A stretch of 53,696 bases of DNA from Octopus bimaculoides (Eukaryota), in the NCBI RefSeq assembly GCF_001194135.2, contig NC_068998.1, forward strand, positions 51,317,823-51,371,518. The letters are read 5' to 3'. Each line of letters starts with the position of its first letter. Position 1 is the first letter of the stretch. Position numbers and translations under genes: made by a program. Below are positions 38,605 to 50,167 of the stretch, one piece after another. Below the pieces are notes generated by a model. That model saw only the letters and a program-made list of their open reading frames with translations, searched no databases and was not told the DNA's origin.

Positions 38605-39270
38605 ACTGACACGTTGGATTATGAGATCATTCAGAACACAGGAGTGGGGCACCATGTTCGAATGAAGAATATTCTGTGTTCAGTCCCCTGGGTAAGATGC
38701 TTTCAATTATGGTCGCCACAAGATGTCAAATTAACAGCAGAAAACTCGGAGCAATCCAACTCGACTACTCTAAGAAGATGGCCTCGGTGCAACAGACTGA
38801 CCACTGGGGGAAACTAATAGAGTTGAGGCTCTACTCCTTGAAGAGAAGACACGAAAGATATGTCATGGTATATGTGGAAGATCTGAAAGCTAGAACACAA
38901 AACTTTGGGATAGGATGCTGTACCAGTCACCCGGATGGACAGCAGTGCAGTATACAAAGGATCCCGCATTCGCTGTCCCACAACTTTTCAATACTCTGTT
39001 AAAAGACCTCAGTGATCTAAGAAGTGTAGATGTTGGTGTGTTTAAAGAACATGTAGATAAATGTTGATATGATATACCAGATGATCCCTCATTCCTGCAA
39101 GAAACAGAAGGAAGAGAAGCTCTGTCCAACTCATTACATCTCAAGGACTGATTCTGAAGAGAAAATTGAGGAATGAGTCTAAAATAAACAAGTTTTAATG
39201 CTAATGGCGGTGATAAAGCACGGCTGCAACCTCCAGCCGAAACCGAAAATAGAAATTGAAATAGAAAAGA
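38605..39270 (+). mobile_element. 5'-truncated CR1/L2-type LINE 3' end (ORF2 C-terminus plus 3' tail), decayed
   Basis: Frameshifted peptides WIMRSFRT, QLWSP, RLYSLKRRHERY, PQLFNTL, DLRSVDVGVFK, DIPDDP and SNSL match conserved CR1 ORF2 C-terminal motifs. Ends in a short-repeat tail (gaaaatagaaattgaaatag). Confidence 0.88.
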
Positions 39271-40005
39271 GATATAAGTGATAGTGAATGCAGAAGTTTG
39301 TATGTGATGTGACTAAGATGTGTAATGGTGAACATCTTTATCAATTCTTTACTGTATCTGCTGCAATACGGACATAAGTATAGTATTAAATATAAGCTAT
39401 TTCAGGAAAGAAAAACTGAGACACACTTAGCAGAAATTATCATCAGCGATAAGAACAGCTTGTAGAAAGCTGCAGTAACTTTTTTACTGATGATGAATAA
39501 TCTTATTCAGGAATACATATGGATTTAAGAAAAATAAATTTCTCTTCTTCCTGCGCTCTCAGAATTTAGAAGCAGACAATGTTTTTCTGTTTCTGTCATC
39601 AGACTAGAAACAATCCTGAGTAGATCCTTGACGAAGTGCTGCATGTTGGCCATGGATTTTTTTGCCACAGAATACAAAATATATTTTTCGGGTTTATCCT
39701 ACCTATCACGTTTTCGGGTCTTTTTTTCTTTTTAATGTATTATCATGTTGAAGTCCGCTTCACTTGCCCTAGCACTTAGAAACCTAGAACAAAAAACGGA
39801 AGAAATATCATGCAGCACTTCATCGAACGTTATAATAATTCGGACTGATCCACTGATCTGGTGTGATTAAACCATTTAGAACAAAGTTGACTTCAACGGT
39901 GTTGTATAAATAGTATAGATAATACAAAATTAACATAATTCTAAGAAAATGATGTTTCAAAGTAAATCACAGGAATTTTGGGAAATCAGCCAAAACACAC
40001 ACACA

Positions 40006-40056
<51 letters not shown>

Positions 40057-40706
40057 CAATATCGTCAGGAAAATTGTAGTCTACATTATGAATTTCAGGG
40101 TCAAAGGCTGAGTCCGTGTGTATGTGTGTGAAGGGTAAAGTCGTTTTCAGCGGAATTTGAACTCAGAACGTTAAGAGGGAGGAAGAATATTACAACGAGC
40201 AAAGTTCTATTATTTCGGTTAGATGTATAGGGTAGTAACATCTGAGATGAATTGCGTCAAGATTGTCCAATAAGCAAGCGATATGTGATTGATTTCTACC
40301 GGTGGATTCCACCATATTTTATTCACATCGTTCCCTCAAATGAATAATCTTAAATATATTTGTACTTGTGGCTGGCTATCAGTAAATGTTTGTGTTATAT
40401 GTAACGTACAATAATGTCTAAAACAGTGTTTAGTCTCTTCCGAATGGCTAATTAACGAGACAATGAAATAATTATAAGTTACTGTTATAGTTTGAAAGAA
40501 AACACTTTCAGACTCTATGAATCTCTTTAATTTAGTATCTTCTCTACGTTTCTAGATAATTTCCTCTTTAGAAATATGGCATGGCACACACATACACAAA
40601 CACACACGCACGCACACACACACAATGATATATATATGCGTGTGTGTGTGTGTTTGTTTGTGTATATGTGTATGTACGTATTTATGTAACTGTATGTGTG
40701 TATATG

Positions 40707-40745
<39 letters not shown>

Positions 40746-41559
40746 AAACTATATATATGCATAAGTATTCTAGATGTCATTATTGGTCACCTCATTACTA
40801 TAGCATATCCTTGCTTTATCAGTCTCATTCCAACGCATTCAAACATCACGATTCTTCTTCTCGTCCTCTCCCATTCTTCTTCTTCTAATTCTTCTTCTTC
40901 TTCTCCCATCCCACTCTTTTTTCTTTTTATTTTATGTGTATTCTATTCCCCCATCTTTCCATTAAACTTATCGAATCATTCTCTCCACTCAGCAGGCAAC
41001 CGACATTCTCCCCCCCCCCCAAAAAAAAACACATTTTATTTCAGGCCTCTTGATTACCTGTTGTATACATATATATACATACGCATANNNNNNNNNNTAA
41101 AAATAAATACAAAAGAGGTGGGGTTTTTTGCATGATTGTGTATAGAGGAATATATTATTTAGTTTAAAAGAGTTCCAACACTGTCTGTTTTTTATGTTTT
41201 ATTTATATTCCTGTATATATATATATACACATATATATATACATACGCATATATATATGTGTATGTAGGTAGGTAGGTCGGTAGGTGGGTAGGAAGGTAA
41301 ATATAGGTTCTATATGCTGTTATTACATCAATTAAGCTAATTGTTTCCCATTATACTGGAGCAGAAAAGAAAAACAAAGTTAATTGTTTTCGCGAAATGC
41401 TTTGCGTCTCCGGGACGAAGTTTCCCGAACAGCAACTTAATCACAGCAAACAGTATTTTAAACCTAATTAAATCCATAATGAAGTTATTATGATATTGGA
41501 GGGTCGATGGGCTGCCCGCATGTGTCACGCCTCTCCGTGAAGTTAATTACCTTCGGCCG

Positions 41560-41596
<37 letters not shown>

Positions 41597-41598
<2 letters not shown>

Positions 41599-42347
41599 TC
41601 AGTAAATAGTGGGGTTGTGTTAACCGCACGTGGAGAAATAATAGGAAAATGAAAAAAAGCCAGAATGCTGAACTGGGAGCATAATTTAATAAAGATTTTT
41701 TCTAACCGGTTTTCATTGCGATGAAGCAAATTATCAAGAAGAAGGAGAATGAAAATGTTTCTTTACAAAGAAGTACAAAAAAGTACAAAATGAAGAAAAT
41801 AATATATAAAACAATAATATATAAAAAAAATCAACAAGGAGAATCTTTTCATAGAGAAATTCCAACCATTTCTTAACACACACACCCCTCAGTGACCTTA
41901 TTTCTCTATGAACAGACACAAACTTCCTGTTTGGAAAAAAAGAGTTCATAACTCTAACTAAAAACACTTGTCTCCCCTTACACACACTTCCTGTTTTGAC
42001 ACCACATTTCCTGCTTAACACAAACTTTTAACCCTTTTTTTAAACCTAACAAAACTCTCAACTCTCATGCATCCTTATTTTTCCTACCAATTTATACATG
42101 AACTACTATTGAACTACAAAAGCCCAAAGACAATATAATGTATGGGTATATTTATTTTTTTTTTTATATATTATTGTTTTATATATTATTTTCTTCATCT
42201 TGTACTTTTTTGTACTTCTTTGTGAAAAAACATTTTCATTCTCCTTCTTCTCCATAATTTGCTTCATCGCAATGAAAACCGGTTAGAAAAAATCTTTATT
42301 AAATTATGCTCCCAGTTCAGCATTCTGTCTTTTTTTCATTTTCCTAT
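41597..42347 (+). mobile_element. 5'-truncated Penelope-like element with inverted pLTR, inserted in (TA)n
   Basis: Arms 41641-41830 and ~42158-42347 are ~97% identical inverted repeats. Peptide INKENLFIEKFQPFLNTHTPQ* (41830-41895) resembles the GIY-YIG end E.LFI.KFKP.LN. Each arm holds a hammerhead-like motif, and (TA)n lies on both sides. Confidence 0.75.
41696..41743 (-). ncRNA. Minimal hammerhead-like motif, U3:A8 variant; decayed sister copy at 42244-42292 (+)
   Basis: TTC-TTGATAA-T-TTGC(TTCATC)GCAA-T-GAAA-ACCGGTT-A-GAA: palindromic stem III AACCGGTT, UUA triplet, stem I TTC/GAA. The right-arm core reads TCCATAA. Confidence 0.5.
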
Positions 42348-42539
42348 ATATATATATATATGTATATATATACATGTGTGTGTGTGTGTGTTTATTTCAC
42401 TTTGATTAGTTCAAAGTGCCGGATAGAGAGTTATTTAATATCCCCAATTTTATTATAGAAAGACAAATGGCTTAAATGCAAGGATGTGGTTAGCAGTAAA
42501 ATGTGTCTATTAATGTTTGAGCAACGAGAAAATCCAGTG

Positions 42540-42840
42540 GTTGATAAAGCGATGTTTACATATGTATGGAAGTGTATTTGCGTATAAAATCCTATGTTGA
42601 CGTCTGTGCAAGGGGAATATGCTTTTTCGGGTTCTGGTTGGAGGTGAGGGTACAGTATGTTTGACGTGAGAGAAACGGATAAAGAATAGCAAAAGAGACA
42701 CAGAAGGGTAATTATAGAGCGGGGAGTAAGTTGCAATGGATGTGCAGGATGTGTAAACAGTGAGTAGGAATTTAAACCACAAGGAGGAAAAGGTGTAGAT
42801 AGGAGATGAGCTTCTGTACCCTCTGCTAACCAGAGGCCAG
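42540..42840 (+). pseudogene. Highly decayed RTE-clade LINE fragment
   Basis: gagcttctgtaccctctgctaaccagaggcc resembles the coding sequence for RTE ELLPLLATRG. Upstream KILC*RLCK resembles NSILCTQCK. Compared by eye. Confidence 0.35.
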
Positions 42841-44130
42841 ACACGTAGGATCTTTGTGCACATACACATAGACAGCAACACACAGACGTATGTACGTATG
42901 CATGTGTACATGTATGTATGTATGTATACATGTATGTATGTATGTATGTATGTAGTTCTAAACGATGAGAGGATGTCATTGATCCTAGTGCTGCTTGATC
43001 ATGGAAAACATGGAAATAAAAATGAGAGACATATTATATAATGTAGTTTTACATATACTCTATACGAAAGAATATTGGATGGGATGGTCACGATTGGAAT
43101 GTTACAGATAATATCTCGTCTAGCATGATATTATCCAAAGAGAACAACTGGGACATTATCAAGTCGATAACGACATTCTAGATACACTTTGCGTTAATAA
43201 AGATGAGATAGAGTTGGGTAGAATTCACTTGGTGAATAATTGTCAGATCGATAATTATTCGCTTGGGGCTAAACAACAACAACCAGAACAACAACAACAA
43301 CAACAATTCTATGATAGAGTTGATTTCCTGGAAAGTTTCAGCTATTAAATCAGGTATTTAGTTCAATGATTATCATCAGATGAATGGTTTGAAATGCCAT
43401 TAAAACTATCAAGATATCATTTGAAGACAATAATCTTGACGTCTGAAGAGTTATATAGAAATCAGAACAAATTTTCGAAGAATCAATTTTCTTTGCTGAT
43501 GATGACAATGATGATAATTTATGCATGTGTGTGTGTGTGTGTGTGTGTGTACATATGTACATGTTCGTTTATACCGATAAGAATGTATAGATGTATAATT
43601 ATAGATACATACGTATATGAAAATAAGTATTTACATCTATATGTACATATGTGTGTGTATGTATATGCATATATACATTATATATATATATATATATATA
43701 TATATNNNNNNNNNNNNNNNNNNNNNNNNNNNNNNNNNNNNNNNNNNNNNNNNNNNNNNNNNNNNNNNNNNNNNNNNNNNNNNNNNNNNNNNNNNNNNNN
43801 NNNNNNNNNNNNNNNNNNNNNNNNNNNNNNNNNNNNNNNNNNNNNNNNNNNNNNNNNNNNNNNNNNNNNNNNNNNNNNNNNNNNNNNNNNNNNNNNNNNN
43901 NNNNNNNNNNNNNNNNNNNNNNNNNNNNNNNNNNNNNNNNNNNNNNNNNNNNNNNNNNNNNNNNNNNNNNNNNNNNNNNNNNNNNNNNNNNNNNNNNNNN
44001 NNNNNNNNNNNNNNNNNNNNNNNNNNNNNNNNNNNNNNNNNNNNNNNNNNNNNNNNNNNNNNNNNNNNNNNNNNNNNNNNNNNNNNNNNNNGAGCGAAGA
44101 CGAAGATAAAATAAACTAGCAAAAATACTG

Positions 44131-44199
44131 GATAATTCCAGATCCCAGATTTCTGGCTTTGCATAATAAAATGCTTTGCCTTCATCAGTGGAAATACAC
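44131..44199 (-). ncRNA. Type I hammerhead-ribozyme-like motif with all three stems
   Basis: GTGTATTTCCA-CTGATGA-A-GGC AAA GCA(TTTTATTA)TGC AAA GCC-A-GAAA-TC(TGG)GAT-C-TGGAATTATC. Stem I TTCCA/TGGAA plus extension; stem III 3 bp; AUC triplet; predicted cut between 44141 and 44140. Confidence 0.7.
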
Positions 44200-44389
44200 T
44201 CAGAAAAGCACATAAATACAAATATATATATATATAAACATACAATATACTTACATATACGACTGTATACATACATATATATGCATGTATGCACACGACC
44301 AGTTTAAATTGCCCGCCTAAAAACTCCTCGTGCGATATGGTCAGAATAATTACCGCAGTAAATATAATGACAATATAAATTTATATAAA

Positions 44390-44632
44390 TAAGGATAAGA
44401 TCGATATTTAAAATATTGATCTTATCAAGTGGCCAGCATGGGAATAAAAACCATCAAAGGTAACAATGATTTAAAATTATAATATAGAGTATCTAAGAGA
44501 TACCACCAGTATTTTTGCTAGTTTATTTTATCTTCGTCTTCGCTCTTCGTGCTATATGAACATTTATTGTGGTTTAGAGTCAAGATTTGACTGTTATTTT
44601 CAGCGTGGTGGTATCTCTTAGATACCCTATAT

Positions 44633-44640
<8 letters not shown>
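44390..44640. mobile_element. (TA)n-bounded fold-back element, copy 1 (copy 2 at 53492-53696)
   Basis: About 90% identity with 53492-53696. Internal inverted repeat 44474-44508/44606-44640 with one mismatch. Confidence 0.85.
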
Positions 44641-44690
<50 letters not shown>

Positions 44691-47624
44691 CACGTGTGTT
44701 TCCAATATATAAATGTATATGCATATAATCATATCTTTTCACATATATCAGCATAGAAGCATGTATACATGTAGACCGTCATATATAGACATGTTTGTAT
44801 ATATGTATCTATAGAGAGGTATGCATATATAGTCAATAAAACTTTTTAATTTTGAAATGTCGAACAGATATCATTTAAAATTGTTAGATTCTTCACTAAA
44901 TTATGAAAAATTTATGTTTTAATATCGCATGCTGTTTAATTAACTGACATACTTGAATGTGCCAAAGTAAATTAATGCGTCGACCGTTAGTGATATATAT
45001 CTGAATTGTATAATGTATTCTAGTTTTGGTTATTTTGTTTAATCCGACTTGACACTTACACTCTTCCCAAACATTAAATTTACCACTCTATCTTTTCATT
45101 TATCAAGCTAAGTATGTATATTTTCCTATGTCTGTCTATGTATCACTCTGCCTATCTTGCTACACACACATACGATATGGTCACTCGGCATGCTAGAAAC
45201 AATGCACAAATTACCCTAAAATAACAGACTGACACCTTGCAAAACAAAATCTGTCTGGGACGGTATAGTCCAAGATATAATTGGACTTAATCTAGGCCGA
45301 TCCAACGAATTTCTACATAGGAGTTGTCGCGGTGAGTAGCCGCTTCGTCTGAAAAGCTAGATTGGACTGTAGAATGTCCAGAGAAACAGGCCATGATCTG
45401 CAATAATGCTGTTTCCATTCAGTCTTGAGCTGGTTTATTGCCCAAATGTATGCATACATGTGTGTGTGGGGTGTGTCTGTGTGTATATATAGATACATAT
45501 ATATATATATGTATATATTTCGCTTTTGCATTTGGTTTGCAAGATTTTTATGTGAATTCGAGTATTGATGCATATTTTATTGTCTGCGGAGCCTACTGGA
45601 GAGGTTGCAAGAAATAATGCATGAAACCAGGACTCTCCCCGACACAATAATGCGTGTGTGCGCACGCGCTCGTGTGTGCGTGTGAGTGTGTATATAATGC
45701 ACCAATTATGAATAAAGTACCATGATACTGAAACACTTGTAACATTGAACTATTATTAAACATTCGCACATACATATACACATACACACACACATATATA
45801 TACATATGTATGTGTGTCTGCATGTATGTAGGTTCGTATGTATATATGCAAATGGGGAGGGAGAGAGAGAGAGAGAACCGCGTTAGTTTACATTATAAGT
45901 GAAATGCAAACATGCTTAACAAAACACTTTGCATTTAGCTATATAATACATGCGATGGATAGAGTCACTACACTCGAGTATTTACGAATGAATACATTGT
46001 TTATTGATGCGTATCAACAAGCTGAAATGATGTAATGGTGTCTCTGCAGTTAAGCTGTAAATAAATATTCATGCTTTATGTTTAATAAACACAGCGTTTA
46101 TCTTCACTGTGAAAATTAATACGGTAGTTAATTTACGCATCAATAACGTTTGAAGTAATATGAAAATGAACTAAAGAACTGCCACTGCTTATCGCATTTT
46201 CTACGTTTCTCTATATGATATACCGAAATAGAAAACACGTTAAAGGAGCTTGACACAGAGGTGATATTAGCCGAGATCTTAATCAGTAGTGTTCTACGAA
46301 AACAGTCATATGTTTCGTGTATGCTATTGATTTGGAGAGCAAGACAAAATGAATATATATAAAGCTTACCAATGTAATTATATTTATATCTCATGCGCGC
46401 ACAGACGCACGCACGGATAAATACATATTTATGTGCATGTATATATGTACGTATACATATATATATATATATATATATATANNNNNNNNNNNNNNNNNNN
46501 NNNNNNNNNNNNNNNNNNNNNNNNNNNNNNNNNNNNNNNNNNNNNNNNNNNNNNNNNNNNNNNNNNNNNNNNNNNNNNNNNNNNNNNNNNNNNNNNNNNN
46601 NNNNNNNNNNNNNNNNNNNNNNNNNNNNNNNNNNNNNNNNNNNNNNNNNNNNNNNNNNNNNNNNNNNNNNNNNNNNNNNNNNNNNNNNNNNNNNNNNNNN
46701 NNNNNNNNNNNNNNNNNNNNNNNNNNNNNNNNNNNNNNNNNNNNNNNNNNNNNNNNNNNNNNNNNTATATATATATATATATATATATCTATACACACAT
46801 TCGAAACTTTATATATATGTGTATATATATATATATTGTAAAACAAGAAGATGGAATGAACAAATGAACAGCCTACAACTGGCTAGGAGCTTTGAAACAC
46901 ACGTTATGAGGTTATTACCCAGATGATATTAAAATAAATCTATGTATGCATATATATAAACTAGCAAACATAAATCCATGCATACACGCCCGCACATGCA
47001 TATATTTATATTTATGTAATATCTAAAAGGATTTATTCAAATAACTGTTTCCATAATTGATTTACTCTGACGTTTGTATAATACATATCCATCACTTCAT
47101 CACCAACAGAAAACTAATGATATACAGATGTATACATATACATACATATGTGTGTTTGTATACATAATGTGTGTATTATATGTTTGTGTTTATGATCGTT
47201 CATGATCATATTTATACAATTGGTGCAGTGTCAAAATATTAACTTAGTCAATCGATACAATATGGCTTGATAAAATAAGCACCAGCGTTGTTAACGTCGA
47301 CTAAAAGCTTCCTGAAGGTGAAGCTGTAGCATAAATGCAGTCTAAGGTCAGGAGTTAATAAAATAACAAATATTAATTGAAACAATAATCGATATATAGA
47401 TAGGCATGGAATCTCGTAGCTGTCGTAGAGATAGCAACCAAGTTTACCTAAAATTCTAGTCTACAGTGTTAAATGTGGATGGCCACATTCGATTATGTTG
47501 TTCTAAGTAGATTTATGTATAAGTTTCTCATGAATTCGGTGAAAAATGGTTGAGATTAAAACACTGCCACCTGAACGGGACATTAATCAGTTGTAGGTTT
47601 AACTTCTTCTTAGCTATTGTTGGA

Positions 47625-47826
47625 GTTTATGTACTGCTGAGTATAATGGGGCAACGTGAAATGAAGTTTTTTGCTCAAGAGTACTATGTACGGTCCGGTC
47701 TGGGAATCGAAACTACGGTCTTGAAGGATCGGGCCGCGCCGGGCCATTTTCGCTAATTGTGCCATTCAGAGAGTTCAGCGGACCGCATGTAGCCCATGAC
47801 CTAACCACCGGGCCATGCGCCTTCAC
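47625..47826 (-). mobile_element. Family D-related SINE head with a ~62-bp GC-rich insert
   Basis: Shares gggaatcgaaac and ctaaccac...gcgccttcac with 52720-52787. Extra sequence at about 47723-47784. Confidence 0.7.
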
Positions 47827-47851
47827 ATTATTTTAATTACTCTAGGTATAC

Positions 47852-48057
47852 AAGGTAGAGAGCACAGAACCGTTAGCGCGCCGGACAAAATGCTTAGGGG
47901 CATTTCGTCCGTCTTCACGTTCTGACTTCGAATACTGCCAAGATCGACTTTTCTTTTCATCATTTCGGAATCGATAATATAAGTACCAGTTACACACTGG
48001 TGTCAATGTATTCGACTTATCTCGTCTCCCGAAACTGCTGGCTTTCTCCCAAAACCA
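47852..48057 (+). mobile_element. Family B SINE, near full length
   Basis: cagaaccgttagcgcgccggacaaaatgcttag...ttcatcatttcggaatcgata...aagtaccagtt matches the other copies. Confidence 0.88.
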
Positions 48058-48620
48058 ATTACTCTACGCATAAACAAAAAAATATGCGATGGTCACGGAT
48101 GGGATGTCTTTGAAATATGTTCAAACAATATATTTCTGTTGGGTAAGGGTTGATCTGTACCTACGCAACATCAGCAACTACAACAACAAGAACTTTTGTA
48201 AATATTTGTAATTACTTTGTTGAGGGTCAATCTCCAACGTTCTTTTTATACATCAGATTGTGTATATTGATGTGAAAAAGCCTTGTGGCTTCACCACAAT
48301 GCATCGTTGCAGTGATAAAAGACTTGCCATAATGAAAGAATGAATAACTCATTAAATAAATAAATAAATAAATAAATAATGCAGGCAGCTATTCGTTATA
48401 AACGTAGTTCAGTTATAGTTATTGATCTGATCATTCCGCATGCGATGTGCGTGTGTATTGATGGACAATATACGTTATGTCAATGCTTCGATTGATGTTT
48501 GAATTCATTAGCCGTCATACATTGCTAGATAACAACCGCAAGAACAACAACAACGAAAGCAACAACAACGGAGATGATGACATCAATACCACCACTACCA
48601 GCAACTACAACAACAGCAAC

Positions 48621-49590
48621 AATGGTTTCAAATTTCTCCACAAGGGCAGCAATTTTCGGGAAGGGTTTGAGATGATTACATTGACTCCAGTGTTCAACTG
48701 GTACTTATTTTATGGACCCCGAAAGGATGGAAGGCAAAGCCGGCGTCGGCGGAATTTGAACACAGAACGTAGCGACGGGTGAAATAACGATAAGCATTTC
48801 GTCCAGCGCGCTAAAGGTTCTGCCAACTCACCGCCTTGATGATAATAATAATAATAATAATAATGATAATTGTTGATGATTATGATGATCCTTCCTACAA
48901 TAGGCACAAGGCCTGAAATTTGTGGGGAGGGGACCAGTCGATTAGATCGATCCCAGTATGCAACTGGTTCTTAATTTATCGACCCCGAAAGGATGAAAGG
49001 CAAAATCGACCTCGGCGGAATTTGAACTCGGAACGTAAAGACGGACGAAATACCGCTGAGCGTTTCGTTCGGCGTGCAAACGATTCTGCCAGCTCACCCT
49101 CTTAATAATAATAAGAAGAAGAATCCTTTCTACTAATTTCAGGCAGAAGGCCTGAAATTTAGGGGAGGGACTAGTCGATGACATCAACCGCAGTGCATAA
49201 CTGGTACATAATTTATCGACCTCGGCGGAATTTGAACACAGAACGTAGCGACGGGCGAAATACTGCTAAGCATTTCGTCCAACGTGCTAACAATTCTGCC
49301 AGCAAATAATCATAGGCCAATAATTTTAGGTCGGGATTGTCAAATACCATAGCTAGCAATCTTTGGCTGGTAATTAATTTTACTGAATCCTAAATGAAGG
49401 AAAGTCAAAATTGATTTCGGCGGAATTTGAACTCCGTACAAAAGGTGTTGGAAAACATACCACAGGATATACTGGCCGTCGTATTAATGATTCCACTTGA
49501 TCATGTGGTTTCAAATTTTGTGTCAAGGCCAGCAATTTTGTGAGAAATTTGTAGTCGATTCCGTGAATCCTAGTGTTTCTCTAGTACGTC
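48621..49590 (-). mobile_element. Tandem stack of 4-5 family B SINEs: 48621-48837, 48887-49103, 49122-49303, ~49365-49497, tail piece ~49505-49590
   Basis: Repeated ggcggaatttgaac.c.gaacgta motif at about 48750, 49015, 49225 and 49420, all in one orientation. (AAT)n spacers lie between the first three. Confidence 0.92.
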
Positions 49591-50131
49591 AGTGTATGCG
49601 CCCTGCAGATGTGAAAGCTGGTATTAGAGACATTTGAACAGAGAACGAAAGAAGACGGATTTGTGGAACTCAGATTTACGATTCAAGAAGCACACACACG
49701 CACACACCCATATATCATTACGTCTACAAATATAGATATATGTGTGTGTCTGTGTATGGGGGTGTTTCTGAAAGAGAGAGAGAGAGAGAGAAATTTTGTG
49801 CATGTATGTATATATGCATGTTTGGATGTATCTATGTACATGAGCAAGCATGGCAATTCTATGTAAATTCAGACAATTCTATGACTAATATTATAGAATT
49901 GTTCTGTCTTTGTTTTGCAAGTGCAATGCAGAACGAAGACATTTCAATTCTACAGAGTGACTCATAGAATTGTCTGTTTAGTTAATTAATGCTCGTTCGT
50001 ATATCGCAAAACTACGCCATCAAAGTTTCATTTAATGTCATACAGCAGCTCACCAAGCTTGTAAGATGTGGAAACTACCAACTGGTCAAAGAGGTGATGA
50101 CGCGATGATTTCTAACATTATGCCATTCTAT

Positions 50132-50167
50132 CTGTAACCAACCGGAAACTGGTTACAGTGACGTCAC
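50132..50167. promoter_or_regulatory. ETS core inside a 9-bp inverted repeat abutting a palindromic CRE
   Basis: CTGTAACCA-ACCGGAAAC-TGGTTACAG; GTGACGTCAC 50158-50167; AP-1 TGACTCA at 49958-49964. Motif match only. Confidence 0.3.

Larger units (their letters stand above)
3002..46764. other. 13 assembly gaps (N runs) at about 3002-3169, 4004-4103, 5355-6243, 9464-10102, 11694-11901, 16131-16602, 22468-22926, 23852-24171, 27604-28160, 31354-31455, 41088-41097, 43706-44091, 46482-46764
   Basis: Seen directly. Most gaps abut (TA)n, (CA)n or (CT)n tracts, as expected when short-read assembly breaks at microsatellites. Confidence 0.97.

Noticed and set aside
39488-39525. CTGATGA followed by a perfect hairpin
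   Set aside because: GGAA replaces GAAA, there is no NUH site or stem I, and it is not in a microsatellite context.
48621-49310. CRISPR-like regular repeats
   Set aside because: Eukaryotic DNA; units are ~200-bp SINEs, not short repeats with unique spacers.
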